Shown piece after piece: positions 9,587-20,265 of a stretch of DNA of 64,000 nucleotides. Source of the DNA: Acidobacteriota bacterium (lineage in GTDB: Bacteria; Acidobacteriota; Thermoanaerobaculia; Multivoradales; Multivoraceae). Both the position numbers and the translations under genes were made by a program. The notes under the pieces are model-generated. The model was not told where the DNA came from. It ran no database searches and saw nothing but the letters and a program-made list of their open reading frames with translations. Location: positions 17 through 64,016 of the forward strand of contig JAYZDP010000152.1 in assembly GCA_036337765.1 (NCBI GenBank), read 5' to 3'. Position 1 is the stretch's first letter. Each line of letters starts with the position of its first letter.

Positions 9587-12387
9587 CTAGTCGACGTAGA
9601 AGATGAAGTCGTTCGACAACAGCCCCTGCGGTGACTGCAGCTGAATCAGGTGCAGCCCCGGCTCGGCCGGCGGACTCACCAGTCGGACGCGGATCGCTTC
9701 GTCCGTGCAGTTGGGAAGCGTGCCGCCGCGATCGCAGACGGCACTCCCCGCAACACGGCGGCCGTCGACGAAGATCCGCGATCCGGGAAAGAGATGGCGG
9801 CCGAAGATACGCATCGGATTGTCTTGCGGCAGCCGTGGAAGATCCTGGACCACCTGGTGCGCGCCGGGCGTCACCGGCCGCCCCCAGATGCCCGGCTGTG
9901 GCCGATCCGGACCGACCTTGGGCGGCAGCTGGCCGGTGAGCGTGACCACCAGATCCCGGGCCGAGGCCGCGGTGAGCAGATCCTCGCGCGTCCACAGACC
10001 CGAGCCATCGCTCGCCTTGTAGCGCCGTGAGCCCGGCTTGAAGACGAACCCCACCGACACCGGCAGCGCGCCGTCCAGCCTCACCCCCTCGGTGACGAGC
10101 AGGATGGCACCGTCGGCGGCGTTCGTTTCCAGCGCGTCCAGCAACTTGGCAGTCAGCGGATTGTCCCAAGTCCTGTGATTCAGAGTCACCTGGCGTCCGA
10201 AGGCGCCGGAGGTTCCCATGCTGCCCTCGAGGAACATCTGCCAGGGCCCGCGCGGACCCCAGCCGGAGTTCATGCGGTTATCGGTCGGATTCTGGGCAGT
10301 GCCGATGGTCATGCCCCACATCGAGAGCTCGTCGAAACCCTTGGCGGCGTCGAACGGGAACTCGTTGGTTTCGCGGCTAGTCACGCTGACCAGCTCCCAC
10401 ATGTTGATGCGCCCCTGCGGCAGGATGAGCCAGCGGTCGGGCAGGCCACGAAAACTGGGGGCGTCCATACCCGAGCCCGGCGTGTTCGACGAGGTCCAGA
10501 ACGGAAACTGGTGGCACCGGCCACAGGTTTCGCGGCCACCATTGTCGTGAAACTCGAAAAAGCCCCGCTTGGCCAGCGCTGTCAGCTGATCGTCGTAGGG
10601 ACGCTCGCGGCCCGGCGGGTGGAGGATGGTGAGTAGGAACTCCCCCATCGCCGAGCGCTGTCCTGCCTCCAGCGGTCCGCGCTGGCCCGCCCGATTGCGG
10701 CGGCAGTTGCCCTGCTCGCACATCGTCGAGGCGAGGCCGCCATCGATCACATTTCGGATGCAGCTCTCGGGGGTCGTGCAGTTGGGTGCCCGAAAGGTGC
10801 CTGGGAACTCGCCGTTGATGCCGCCGAAAGGATCGCCAGGAACGCCGTCCCAGTGATACGGCGCCGTGTCGCGCACGCCCCGTACGGGCAGGGTCGATCG
10901 AGGCGGGATCTGGGTGCAGCCGGCGGTCGTGCACTGCGGGCCGCCCAGGACCCACAGCAGCTGGTCGGTATGACCGTCGGGGTGGCAGCTTTCGCAGGAG
11001 AAGGTGCCGGTGGTTGAGCCATCCTCGGCGTTGTTGAAGGCGGCGCGGCCGGCCTTGACCACTGGATCCGTCGGGTCCTTGAGGCGGATGGTCTTCAGCA
11101 CACTGGGTCTTGTCGGCGCCGCGACGTTCACCATGGAGACGCTGTTCTCCACGGCGTTGAGCACCCACGCGGTCAGCGGGGCACCGCTGGCCGCCGATGC
11201 CAGGGCCACGCCACGCGGCACGGCCTGGACCTTGACGCGTCCGAGCACGTCGCCGGTCGCCGTGTCGACGGTGAAGAGCTTGTCCGAACCCGCCGCCGTC
11301 ACCGCCAGGGTCGAATCGTCGCCGCTGACCTGGATGCCGAACGGCGTCGCCAGCGCCATTCCCTGCTTCGGGTTGTTCGGCGGCAAAGGCTCGAGATCGA
11401 AGGCCGACGGTTTGCCGCAGCTCGCGCCCTTGCAGCTGACGACCCCGATCTGGTTCAGGAAGGCTCTATTCTCGAGATCGCGGAGCTCGTGCTTCTTGGT
11501 ACCGGCACGGCCGTTAGCATCGTTGCGAGCTTCGGTCTGCGAGATGAAGACCTTGCCATCGGAGTCGACCGCCACGCCGTAGAGGAGGGTGCCGACCGAG
11601 GAGACGACGTCGACTAGCGATTCGTTCTTGGTGTCGAAGACGAACAGATCCCTATCCGGAACCCGTGGATCGCGAACGATGTCGGCGTCGTAGCCGAGCG
11701 ACAGGACGTTGTTGTTGTCGACCACGTGCTCGCCGAGGTCGAAGGTGCACTGGTCACCGTCGATGCCGCCCTGAAACTCGAAGCAGCCGGCGAGCTCGGT
11801 CTGGTTGCCCGACTCGAAGGCGACTACGTAGAGCCGGTTGCCGCGCACTGTGATCGCGCGCGGGTCCTGGGCCGCGATCTCGAGCCGCTTCGTCACCTTG
11901 CGGGTCTTCACCCGCACCACCGCGATCTTGTTGGTCGACGACAGCGCGACGTAGGCCTTGGCGTTGTTGGCGAACGCGACCCCGACCGGCTCGTCGAAGC
12001 GGGTCGAGCGACTCGCCGAGTGGAAGAGCTGCACGGTGTCGACGACGTGGTGGAAGGTGCGGCTCGAGGGGTCGGAGTCGATCACGCTCACGGAGTCGGA
12101 GAGGTGGTTGGTGACCCAGACCTCCAGCCCGTCCGGCCGGATGGCAATTCCCACCGGCTCAACTCCGACCGCAATCCGATCGACGATCTGGCGACCTAGG
12201 GTGTCGATCACATCGACCGTCCCAGAAGGGGTGTTCACGACGTAAACGAGGGAGCCATCCGGATGCAGCTCGATCGGCTGCGCATGGGGGCTCAAGAAGC
12301 TGGCGGTGCCAGGCTTCATGGCGACTACGACGGTCGCTGTCGCCATCCCTATCGCCAGCAGCAACGCGACACGGTCGAGCCTCACAG
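9587..12387 (-). CDS. Secreted YVTN beta-propeller repeat protein with C-terminal di-heme cytochrome c peroxidase/MauG-like region (two CxxCH)
   Basis: YVTN-type repeats (YVVNTPSGTVDVID, WVTNHLSDSVSVID). CESCHPDGH and CGRCHQFP heme motifs. Track ORF starts at 12697, but its first ~100 aa are Arg-rich overlap with the Gfo gene. Likely GTG start at 12385-12387 overlapping the upstream TGA (GTGA), followed by the signal peptide RLDRVALLLAIGMATATVVVA. Confidence 0.6.
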
Positions 12388-13812
12388 CGTCCACCCGTCC
12401 CGGTAGCGGTAGTGCAGATGGGCGTTGGCGTCGGGACGGTTCGGGATCGTCATGTTCTCCGCATCCCATGCTAGCGTATCCTCTGGGAACATCAGCGCGA
12501 CGTTGCCGAGCATGGCGATCTCGGTCAACGGGCCACCGTGGCCGAAGTGCGAGCCCGCCACCTTGTAGCCCCTGCAGGCCTGCAGGAAGTCCTCGTGGTG
12601 CTCGAAGTTGTTCGGCATCCCGACGCCACGCTCGTCTTCGACGCGTGAGCGGTCCGCCATGTACTCGTCCATGCGCTCCTCGGGAAGGATGCGCCACTGC
12701 GCAGCGCCGTGGGAGGCGTATGTGATCTTGCCTCGATCGCCGACCACCAGTCCGCCGACCGCACCGCGACCGCCGAGAAGCGGAATCGACACCTCGTCGG
12801 GCCCGAGCTCCTCGGGATGTGGCGGTGCGAAGACGTCGCCGTCGTACCAGTACATGGTCAGAGCCGGGCGCACTCCGCCATTCGCGAGCTTCGCCTCTGG
12901 AAACTCGAAGCGCACCTTGGACGACCGCGGGAACGTATCGCCGTGCTTTTGCGGGTCGTAGCCGTCAGCCACTTCGGCGTGCACCGAACTCGGTGCCCCA
13001 AGCTGCAGGGCGGTGAAGACCGGGTCGACGATATGGCAGACAAAGTCGCCGATCATGCCCGAACCGAAGGCACGGAAGCAGCGCCAGAGTCCGGGGTGGT
13101 ACAGCGGGTGGTACGAACGCTCGGCCGCCGGACCCAGCCACCTGTCCCAGTTCAACGACTTCGGCACCGGATGCTTCTCCTCGAGGCGCGGCAGATCTTC
13201 GATGCGGCTGAAGTTGAACGCCGCCTCGACCACGTGGATCTCGCGCACGGTACCGATCACGCCAGACCAGATGGCTTCGCAGAACTCGTGATTCGAGGCG
13301 TACGAGTGTCCCTGGTTGCCAAGCTGCGTCGCCACGCCGTGGTAGACGGCGGCCTCTTGGAGGCGACGGACTTCATACATGGTGTGCGCCAACGGCTTTT
13401 CGCAGTACACGTGCAAACCATGCTCCATGGCCGCAAGCGAGATCAGGGCATGGGCGTGGTCGGGGGTGGCGACGATCACGGCATCGATTCCCTTTTCCTC
13501 GTCGAGCAGACGGCGGAAGTCGTCGTAGCGCTCGGCCTTCGGAAACATCTCTACGACCGACTTCGGAGCCTCGTTGTCGACGTCGCAGAGAGCCGCGATC
13601 TTGCTGCCCGCCAGGTCAGAGGTGCGCACGTCGAACCGGCCCATCGTTCCGAGCCCGATTCCGGCGACGTAGACCGTATCGCTAGGCGCGGTGTTGCCAG
13701 GGCCTCCGAGCACATGCCGTGGCACGATCGCGGCGGACGCGGCACCCGCCGCGGCGGCCGTGGCTGCGCCCTTCAACAGATCGCGACGGGTAAGGTTCTC
13801 GATCTCTTTCAT
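12382..13812 (-). CDS. Gfo/Idh/MocA-family NAD-dependent oxidoreductase, Tat-exported (GH109-like)
   Basis: Tat signal RRDLLKGAATAAAAGAA. Rossmann GxGxxG (YVAGIGLGTMG). EKP motif (YCEKPLAHT). ATGA overlap with the sulfatase gene. Confidence 0.8.
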   Translation of the reverse strand: MKEIENLTRRDLLKGAATAAAAGAASAAIVPRHVLGGPGNTAPSDTVYVAGIGLGTMGRFDVRTSDLAGSKIAALCDVDNEAPKSVVEMFPKAERYDDFRRLLDEEKGIDAVIVATPDHAHALISLAAMEHGLHVYCEKPLAHTMYEVRRLQEAAVYHGVATQLGNQGHSYASNHEFCEAIWSGVIGTVREIHVVEAAFNFSRIEDLPRLEEKHPVPKSLNWDRWLGPAAERSYHPLYHPGLWRCFRAFGSGMIGDFVCHIVDPVFTALQLGAPSSVHAEVADGYDPQKHGDTFPRSSKVRFEFPEAKLANGGVRPALTMYWYDGDVFAPPHPEELGPDEVSIPLLGGRGAVGGLVVGDRGKITYASHGAAQWRILPEERMDEYMADRSRVEDERGVGMPNNFEHHEDFLQACRGYKVAGSHFGHGGPLTEIAMLGNVALMFPEDTLAWDAENMTIPNRPDANAHLHYRYRDGWTL

Positions 13813-15221
13813 GGGCTCGCTCCTCGTGCGGCGGCCGCCTGTTCACGCTGGCGCATCCATTCGATTCGTCTCTCCTCGATCCACTCACCGGACGTGCGAT
13901 CGAAGAGATCCGGACGGCGGGTCGCCGGAGCAACGTCGTCGGTGTCTTTCTGCCACTCGCCTAACACCGCGCGCAACTCGGCGAGAGTTGCGGCATGGAC
14001 CGGGAGACTGGCGAGATTGTGGAGGGAAAAGGCATCGAACTCTAGATCGTAGAGCTCTTCTTCAGGCCTCGGCGAGAGGAAGGTCGTCGACTGCTCGGGA
14101 GGGAGCTGGCCGCTACGGTGGAGGTGAACCATCGCCCGGTAGGTGATCGAGCGCACCGCGTCGCGGGGTGGGTTGCAGCTCAGGTCGTTGTACTCGTTAC
14201 GAACGTAGAGGTGACGTTTCGTTCGTACCGAACGCGCGCGAGCCGCATAGTCGTGCCAGTTGCGCTCGGCGAAGACGTGCTCACGATGCTCGCGGCGAGG
14301 GCTCTCGAGGATGCCGGCGAAGGAACGACCCTGGTGCGAGTCGAGCGGATCGAGGCCGGCGAGATCGAGGATCGTGGGGGCGATGTCGACTGCGCTGATC
14401 AGACTCGCGGTCGTCGAGCCCGCCTCGGCGACGCCTGGCAGCCGCACGATGAACGGCGTGCGGATGCCGCTGTCGTACAGCGTCGTCTTCGAGCGCGGAA
14501 ACGGCCGGCCGTTGTCGGACAGGAAGAGAACGAACGTGTTCTCCGCGGCACCCTGCTGCTCGAGCTCGGCGAGCACATGGCCCACCGCGCCGTCGAGGCG
14601 CGCGATCTCGTCGTAGTAGAGGCGGAGGTCGGCGCGAGTAGCCGCGTTATCGGGAAGAAACGGCGGCACCACCACATCGTCGTCGCCATGGGGAACGGCA
14701 ATGATCCCCTCCTCGTAGTCGCGGTGCGGATCATTGGCCGCGAACCAGAAGAAGAACGGTTGGTCGCGCGGTCGCTCACGCAACACTCTCGACCATTCCT
14801 CACTGCCTCCCGCACCCCCGCCGACCACGAGATCGAACTTCGGCCGCGTTGCGTCGCCGAGGTGCCACTTGCCGGCGGCTGCCGTGTAGTAGCCGAGGTC
14901 GCGCAACGGCTCGGTCACGATCACCTGCGAGGCGGGCAGCGGGAGGTGCAGCTCCGCCGCGCCCGTCGAGTGCGGGTAGCGGCCCGTAAGGATGCTCGAA
15001 CGGCTCGGGCTGCACGAACTGGTGGTCAGAAACGCCCTATCGAAGCGCATGCCGTCGCGGGCGAGCCGGTCGATATTGGGCGTGCGGATGTGTGGATGCC
15101 CATAGGCCCCGGCGTCGTTCCACGCCATGTCGTCGGCGACGAAGACGATGAAGCTCGGCGGCGCCCCACCCCCAGCGGAGGATGAGGCCACCATCAGCAG
15201 GGCCACGAGTATGGGGCTCAC
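13809..15221 (-). CDS. Sulfatase (formylglycine-dependent)
   Basis: Signal peptide. C-x-P-x-R sulfatase signature CSPSR in TTSSCSPSRSSILTGRYPHSTG. Confidence 0.85.
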   Translation of the reverse strand: MSPILVALLMVASSSAGGGAPPSFIVFVADDMAWNDAGAYGHPHIRTPNIDRLARDGMRFDRAFLTTSSCSPSRSSILTGRYPHSTGAAELHLPLPASQVIVTEPLRDLGYYTAAAGKWHLGDATRPKFDLVVGGGAGGSEEWSRVLRERPRDQPFFFWFAANDPHRDYEEGIIAVPHGDDDVVVPPFLPDNAATRADLRLYYDEIARLDGAVGHVLAELEQQGAAENTFVLFLSDNGRPFPRSKTTLYDSGIRTPFIVRLPGVAEAGSTTASLISAVDIAPTILDLAGLDPLDSHQGRSFAGILESPRREHREHVFAERNWHDYAARARSVRTKRHLYVRNEYNDLSCNPPRDAVRSITYRAMVHLHRSGQLPPEQSTTFLSPRPEEELYDLEFDAFSLHNLASLPVHAATLAELRAVLGEWQKDTDDVAPATRRPDLFDRTSGEWIEERRIEWMRQREQAAAARGASP

Positions 15222-15224
15222 GCT

Positions 15225-17153
15225 CTACTCGGGGTTCACCCAGATCGGCGAAGACCAGGCGCGCTCCTGGAGCGTGGCCTGCACGTCCCGGCGGGGCTCG
15301 ACGCCCTCCTGTAGGGCGTCCCAGGTCGACCAACGGCAGGTCGGGTTCTCGAGCACGCGTACGTAGTAGAAAGCCCTTAGCGACGGGTCGAAATCGGGAT
15401 CGCTCCAGGTCGCCTTAAGCTCGTCGGCGCCCCCACCGGAGGGCTCACAGGTAGCGAGATCGACCGAAGCGCCGTTGTCGGGACAACGGTGGGTGTCTGG
15501 ATCGACGGCCGCACCATCGGAGCAGGCCACGTCGTAGACCCGCTCGTCGGTCGCGCCGTCCGACGACCAGCCCTTGATGATCTGCACCCGGTCCAGGGGG
15601 GCTGCCAACGCATCGCGCAGCGCCCAGACCGCGAAGCTCGGCGTCGCGCCGACGTCGGCCGCATCGAGCTCACCGCCCATGGGCACCGCCTCTGCGTAGG
15701 CGCGGGTCAGGAAGTCGTCGGAGTCGAGATCCGCGGTCTCGAACGCGCCGCCGCCGAAGAAGCGCACGCGGATGCGAGGCCCGGAGGTCGAGAAGGTCTC
15801 CTTGCGACGAAACGCCTGAAAGATGGCCTCGCGGGTGTTCTCCTCTGCCCACACTCCGGCGAGACCCGAGGCACCCCAGGTGTAGTAGTAGGTGTCGCGA
15901 TAGGTTCGGCCCGAGCCGTCCTGAGTGCGGATCGCCGAGTCGGAGCGCTCGGCCGCGGTGTCGAACGACGCGTTCGCGCCACCGCCGGGAACCGAGCCGC
16001 GCAGCTGCGCGGTGGCGTCAAGAATGCCGACCTTGGACCAGTAGGTCTCCTCGTTGTACGAGCCGGCGGCGACGTGAGTGTCGCTCGAACCGATCACGCC
16101 GACCTTGTAGGGGTTTTGCACCCCCCCGTCCTCGATCGCGAGTCCACGGCGGAGCGCGTTGCGCACGTAGCTGCCGGGGGGGTCACTGAGCTGGTAGCTC
16201 GCGACCTTGTACGGCATGATCTCGAACTCGGCCCACTCGTCGTTGGGAGACAGCGCCGGGTGAGTGTCAGAGGTGCCCTTGACCTGGGTGTTCTCGACAA
16301 TCGGCTCGTTGCGCATGCGGGTTTCGGAGTAGGCCTGGTCGATCGCCCCGCCGTCGTAGTACTCGAGTTCGAACATCCGCCCGCCCGAGCCGTTCGAGTT
16401 GTGGGGGATCGCCAACGAGTCGATGCCCCGCTCGCGCCAGGCGTCCATCGCCGCCCACAGATCTTCGGGATTCTGTGAGTCGAGGCGACTGAAGGGGGCT
16501 TCCGGAGCGTCCGAGCCGCGAAAGATCACATTACGGTGCAGGTTGTTGCGCTCACCGCCTGAAGAGGTGTACTCGTAGCCGATGAAGGCGGTGAACGTGC
16601 CGGGATCGTTGTGGCGCTCAGCCGCATCGACGATCTCGGACCAGGCACCCTTGACGATGTCGAGGTCGAAGTGCTCCTCGGTCCCCGCGTCGCCACGCAG
16701 ATACGGGCCCATGCCGACGAAGTTCGCCCGGCGCTCGTCGGCCAGTTCGGCGGACCGCACACCCTCCGCGACGGGATGGTCGTAGGCCCCGGAGTCCGGG
16801 TCGGTCATCGCCGGCAGCATCCCCAGATACATGCCGTGGTCCGCGACGGCCTGAAAGTCCAACGGACGGTCGAGCTTGAGCTCGAAGCCGGCAGGATGCT
16901 GGATGCCCTTTCCCTTCGCGAACTCGTAGGCGTCGTTCGCGTCGGCCTTGGTGCCGAAGATGAAGGCGTCGAAGGAGTAGCGCGTGTGCACGTGCACGTC
17001 GCCGAAGTAGGCGTCGCGCGTCGGATTGGGGGCACTGGCGGCGGAGGGTTCGCTTGCCGACGAGCCGTCGGCGGGCGGAGCATCTTCCGGCGCGCCACAG
17101 CCCAGAGCTAGTGCAAGGCCAAGGCACGCGGCCGCCGAAACGATCGTTCTCAT
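15225..17153 (-). CDS. DUF3604-family lipoprotein with PHP-like HxH metal motif
   Basis: Lipoprotein signal ...ALALGC. YFGDVHVHTRYSFDAF PHP-like motif. Paralog of 37831..39738. Stop lies 4 nt from the sulfatase start. Confidence 0.7.
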   Translation of the reverse strand: MRTIVSAAACLGLALALGCGAPEDAPPADGSSASEPSAASAPNPTRDAYFGDVHVHTRYSFDAFIFGTKADANDAYEFAKGKGIQHPAGFELKLDRPLDFQAVADHGMYLGMLPAMTDPDSGAYDHPVAEGVRSAELADERRANFVGMGPYLRGDAGTEEHFDLDIVKGAWSEIVDAAERHNDPGTFTAFIGYEYTSSGGERNNLHRNVIFRGSDAPEAPFSRLDSQNPEDLWAAMDAWRERGIDSLAIPHNSNGSGGRMFELEYYDGGAIDQAYSETRMRNEPIVENTQVKGTSDTHPALSPNDEWAEFEIMPYKVASYQLSDPPGSYVRNALRRGLAIEDGGVQNPYKVGVIGSSDTHVAAGSYNEETYWSKVGILDATAQLRGSVPGGGANASFDTAAERSDSAIRTQDGSGRTYRDTYYYTWGASGLAGVWAEENTREAIFQAFRRKETFSTSGPRIRVRFFGGGAFETADLDSDDFLTRAYAEAVPMGGELDAADVGATPSFAVWALRDALAAPLDRVQIIKGWSSDGATDERVYDVACSDGAAVDPDTHRCPDNGASVDLATCEPSGGGADELKATWSDPDFDPSLRAFYYVRVLENPTCRWSTWDALQEGVEPRRDVQATLQERAWSSPIWVNPE

Positions 17154-17369
17154 CTCTTTTCCTCCAGTGAAGAAGCGAATCTACCAGTCCCGCCCACGAG
17201 CCGATCGCTTCACGACGATCGTTCGGGATCGAGAGCGAGCCCTACTGGTGCGTCCGAAGATCCTAGGACCCCCGGCGAGCGCCATCTGTGAGTGGCATGC
17301 GGACCGACTGTATGCAGCTGAGATCGACGGCCAACGCCGGGGTTAGGATCGGCGGGGCGAGGCACGACA
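17154..17369. promoter_or_regulatory. Divergent promoter region between the DUF3604 operon (-) and the Tat-sulfatase gene (+)
   Basis: 216-bp non-coding spacer between opposed start codons. Contains the partial palindrome GCATGCGGACCGACTGTATGCAGC. Confidence 0.3.
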
Positions 17370-18923
17370 ATGACCAAGATCGGCAGGCGCGACTTCATCA
17401 AGAACGTAGGCGTGGCCACCACGACGTTCGCGGTATCCCGTTCACTGCGGGCAGACAGGAACGACACCAACCGACCTAACGTCGTCTTCATCCTCGCCGA
17501 CGACATGGGCTACGGCGACATCACGAGCTTGAACAGCGACTCGCAGATTCCCACGCCGAACATCGACCGCCTGACGAAAGGGGGGCGCTACTTCACCGAC
17601 GCCCACTCCCCATCGGCGCTGTGCACACCCACCCGCTACGGCGTACTGACCGGCCGTTATTGCTTCCGCACCCGCGTCAAGCGCAGTGTGCTGTGGGGCT
17701 ACAGCCGCCACCTGATCGAGCCCGAGCGGACAACGGTCGCCTCGCTACTGAAATCGCAGGGCTACAACACCGCCTGCATTGGCAAGTGGCACCTCGGCAT
17801 GGACATGCCCGCGCCGGGCGGCGGCCGCATCCCGGATCCGGATCACAGGGTCGACCGGCGCGCCTACAAGGGCGCGGTCGACTGGAACGCCACGATCGAC
17901 AACGGTCCTCTCTCGGTAGGCTTTGACACCTACTACGGCATCCCGGCATCGCTCGACATGTACCCCTACATCTGGATCGAGAACGACCGTTTCGTCGGCG
18001 AGTGCACGGCCGAAGACGACCTGCTCTTCATTACCGAACAGACCCGCGGCCAACGCTACGGCGACAACATCGGGCCCGCTCATCCCGACTTCCGAGCCGA
18101 CGAGGTGATGCCCACCATCACTCGCAAGACGGTCTCCACCATCGAAGAGCAGTCTGCGGAGACTCCGTTTTTCGTCTACATGTCCCTGACCGCGCCGCAC
18201 ATCCCGATCGTGCCTTCAGCGCCCTTCCGCGGCCGCAGCGAGATTGGCCCCTACGGCGACTTCTGCATCGAGGTCGACGACGGCGTCGGGCAGGTGCTCG
18301 ACGCGCTGGAGCGCAAGGGGCTCGCCGAGCAAACCCTGGTCGTGTTCACCGCCGACAACGGCTGCGCCCCTTACATCGGTGTAGAGGACATGAACGAGCA
18401 GGGCCACTACCCGTCCTACATCTACCGCGGCTACAAGTCCGACATCTACGAGGGAGGCCACCGCGTTCCCTTCATCGCCCGCTGGCCACAGCGCATTCCG
18501 GCGGCGACGCATTCCGACGAGACCATCTGCCTCACAGATCTACTGGCCACCTGCGCGTCCATCACCGACACCCGCCTCACGCAGAACGCCGGCGAGGACA
18601 GCTACGACATCTTGCCGGCGTTGGTGGGGGGACCGCTGGAGGAGCCGATCCGCGAAGCCACCGTGTCCCAGGCCGGCGATGGCTCCTACTCGATCCGCCA
18701 GGGCCGCTGGAAGCTCGAGCTCACGCCTAGCTCCGGCGGCTACGACCGGATCAGCCCGGACGAGGCACGCAAGAAGGGCCTGCCGGCGATCCAGCTCTAC
18801 GATCTGTCCGCAGACATCGGCGAGCGCACCAACCTCTACGACCGCAACCCGGAGGTCGTCAACAGCCTGAAACGGCTGCTCGAGAAGTACAGGCGAGAGG
18901 GACGAAGCGCCCCGCACGCCTAG
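17370..18923 (+). CDS. Sulfatase, Tat-exported
   Basis: Tat motif GRRDFIKNVGVATTTFAVS. Sulfatase signature CTPTR in SPSALCTPTRYGVLTGRY. Confidence 0.9.
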   Translation: MTKIGRRDFIKNVGVATTTFAVSRSLRADRNDTNRPNVVFILADDMGYGDITSLNSDSQIPTPNIDRLTKGGRYFTDAHSPSALCTPTRYGVLTGRYCFRTRVKRSVLWGYSRHLIEPERTTVASLLKSQGYNTACIGKWHLGMDMPAPGGGRIPDPDHRVDRRAYKGAVDWNATIDNGPLSVGFDTYYGIPASLDMYPYIWIENDRFVGECTAEDDLLFITEQTRGQRYGDNIGPAHPDFRADEVMPTITRKTVSTIEEQSAETPFFVYMSLTAPHIPIVPSAPFRGRSEIGPYGDFCIEVDDGVGQVLDALERKGLAEQTLVVFTADNGCAPYIGVEDMNEQGHYPSYIYRGYKSDIYEGGHRVPFIARWPQRIPAATHSDETICLTDLLATCASITDTRLTQNAGEDSYDILPALVGGPLEEPIREATVSQAGDGSYSIRQGRWKLELTPSSGGYDRISPDEARKKGLPAIQLYDLSADIGERTNLYDRNPEVVNSLKRLLEKYRREGRSAPHA

Positions 18924-18993
18924 GAGCGAGTCCGAGTATCGGACACGCTCCCGGGGAGGTGGTTTGGGACGCTCGTGCGCCTGCGAGCTGTCG

Positions 18994-20220
18994 TCAGGTA
19001 GTTGACGCTGCAAGCTGAACCACGCGGCGCTCGGCGAGATCGCGGACGGCCGCCTCGTCGAAGCCAAGGCTCGCTAGGACCTCGCCGGTGTGCTGCCCGA
19101 GGACCGGGGCCTGGAGCGGCGGGAGCTTCGCCACGCCCTCGACCTCGATCGGGCTCGCCACCGTTCGTAAACCGTCCGATCCCTCGATCTCAGGCAGTAG
19201 GCCGTTGGCGCACATCTGCTCGTCGGTGGCAACGTCCGCGATCCGATTAACGATGCCGAAGGTGACTTCATGATCGTCCAGTGCCTGTCGCCAGCGTGAC
19301 AGCGGCGCACTCGCGAAGGTCTCGTCGAGGACGGCGACCAGCGCCACCGAGTTCGCACGCCGCGATTCGGCGTCCGCGAAGCGTGGATCGTCGACGAGAT
19401 CTTTACGGCCGATGGCGGCGACGAGCCGCGGCCACTCCACAGGATCATTGATCATGGCGAGGTACAGAGCCTCGCCGTCGCCGCAGACGTACGCACTGAT
19501 CAGCGCGTTGGGACTCTCCGAGTGCGCCGGCGGCTCGAACGCGGGTGCACCGCATAGCGCCGCCTGGATGAAGATCGAGTTTGCCCAGACGCCGTTGGCC
19601 ATCAGCGACGTCTTGACCTTGCTGCCCTTGCCGGTGCGCTCGCGGCGGTACAGGCCCATCATGATCGCGCCGAACAGCGCCACGGCGCTCGGGTTGTCAC
19701 CCATCCCAGCCGTGGCGATGGCGTGGTCGGCACCCGGCGGCCGCACCGTGTCCATCATGCCGGACCGAGCCCACCAGGCCGTCGCGTCGTAGCCGGGCTT
19801 CTCGATCTCCTCGCCAGCATCGCCGTAGCCGGTGGCGTGAGCGTAGACGAGGCGCTCGTTGTGGCCCGCCAGCTCTTCCCAGCCGAGACCGAGATCGGAG
19901 ACCACCGAGGGGTGGAAGTTGGTGATGAAGACGTCGGCATCTGCGACCAGCCGGTAGAGAATCGCCCGCCCCTCCGCATCCTTCAGGTTCAGAGCCACCG
20001 ACTTCTTGTTTCGGCCTGTGAGGATCCAACAGTAGGGCTGGTCGCTCACTGGGAACGGCGCCACCGTGTGCAGGTAGCGGTAGGGGTCGCCGATGCCTGG
20101 GCCTTCGACGTGGATCACCTCGGCGCCGAAGTCGCCCATGATGGTCCCGGCCGCCGGCGCCAGAACGAAAGTCGCCACTTCGACGACCTTGATTCCTTCG
20201 AGGAGGGGTGTGTCGCTCAT
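18994..20220 (-). CDS. Family III CoA-transferase (CaiB/BaiF)
   Basis: GIKVVEVATFVLAPAAGTIMGDFGAEVIHVE N-terminal pattern. Second member of this family in the window. Confidence 0.85.
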   Translation of the reverse strand: MSDTPLLEGIKVVEVATFVLAPAAGTIMGDFGAEVIHVEGPGIGDPYRYLHTVAPFPVSDQPYCWILTGRNKKSVALNLKDAEGRAILYRLVADADVFITNFHPSVVSDLGLGWEELAGHNERLVYAHATGYGDAGEEIEKPGYDATAWWARSGMMDTVRPPGADHAIATAGMGDNPSAVALFGAIMMGLYRRERTGKGSKVKTSLMANGVWANSIFIQAALCGAPAFEPPAHSESPNALISAYVCGDGEALYLAMINDPVEWPRLVAAIGRKDLVDDPRFADAESRRANSVALVAVLDETFASAPLSRWRQALDDHEVTFGIVNRIADVATDEQMCANGLLPEIEGSDGLRTVASPIEVEGVAKLPPLQAPVLGQHTGEVLASLGFDEAAVRDLAERRVVQLAASTT

Positions 20221-20265
20221 CTGCCGCGATGCTATCGGAGGTCCAAGAGGTAGTCGCGCACTAGA

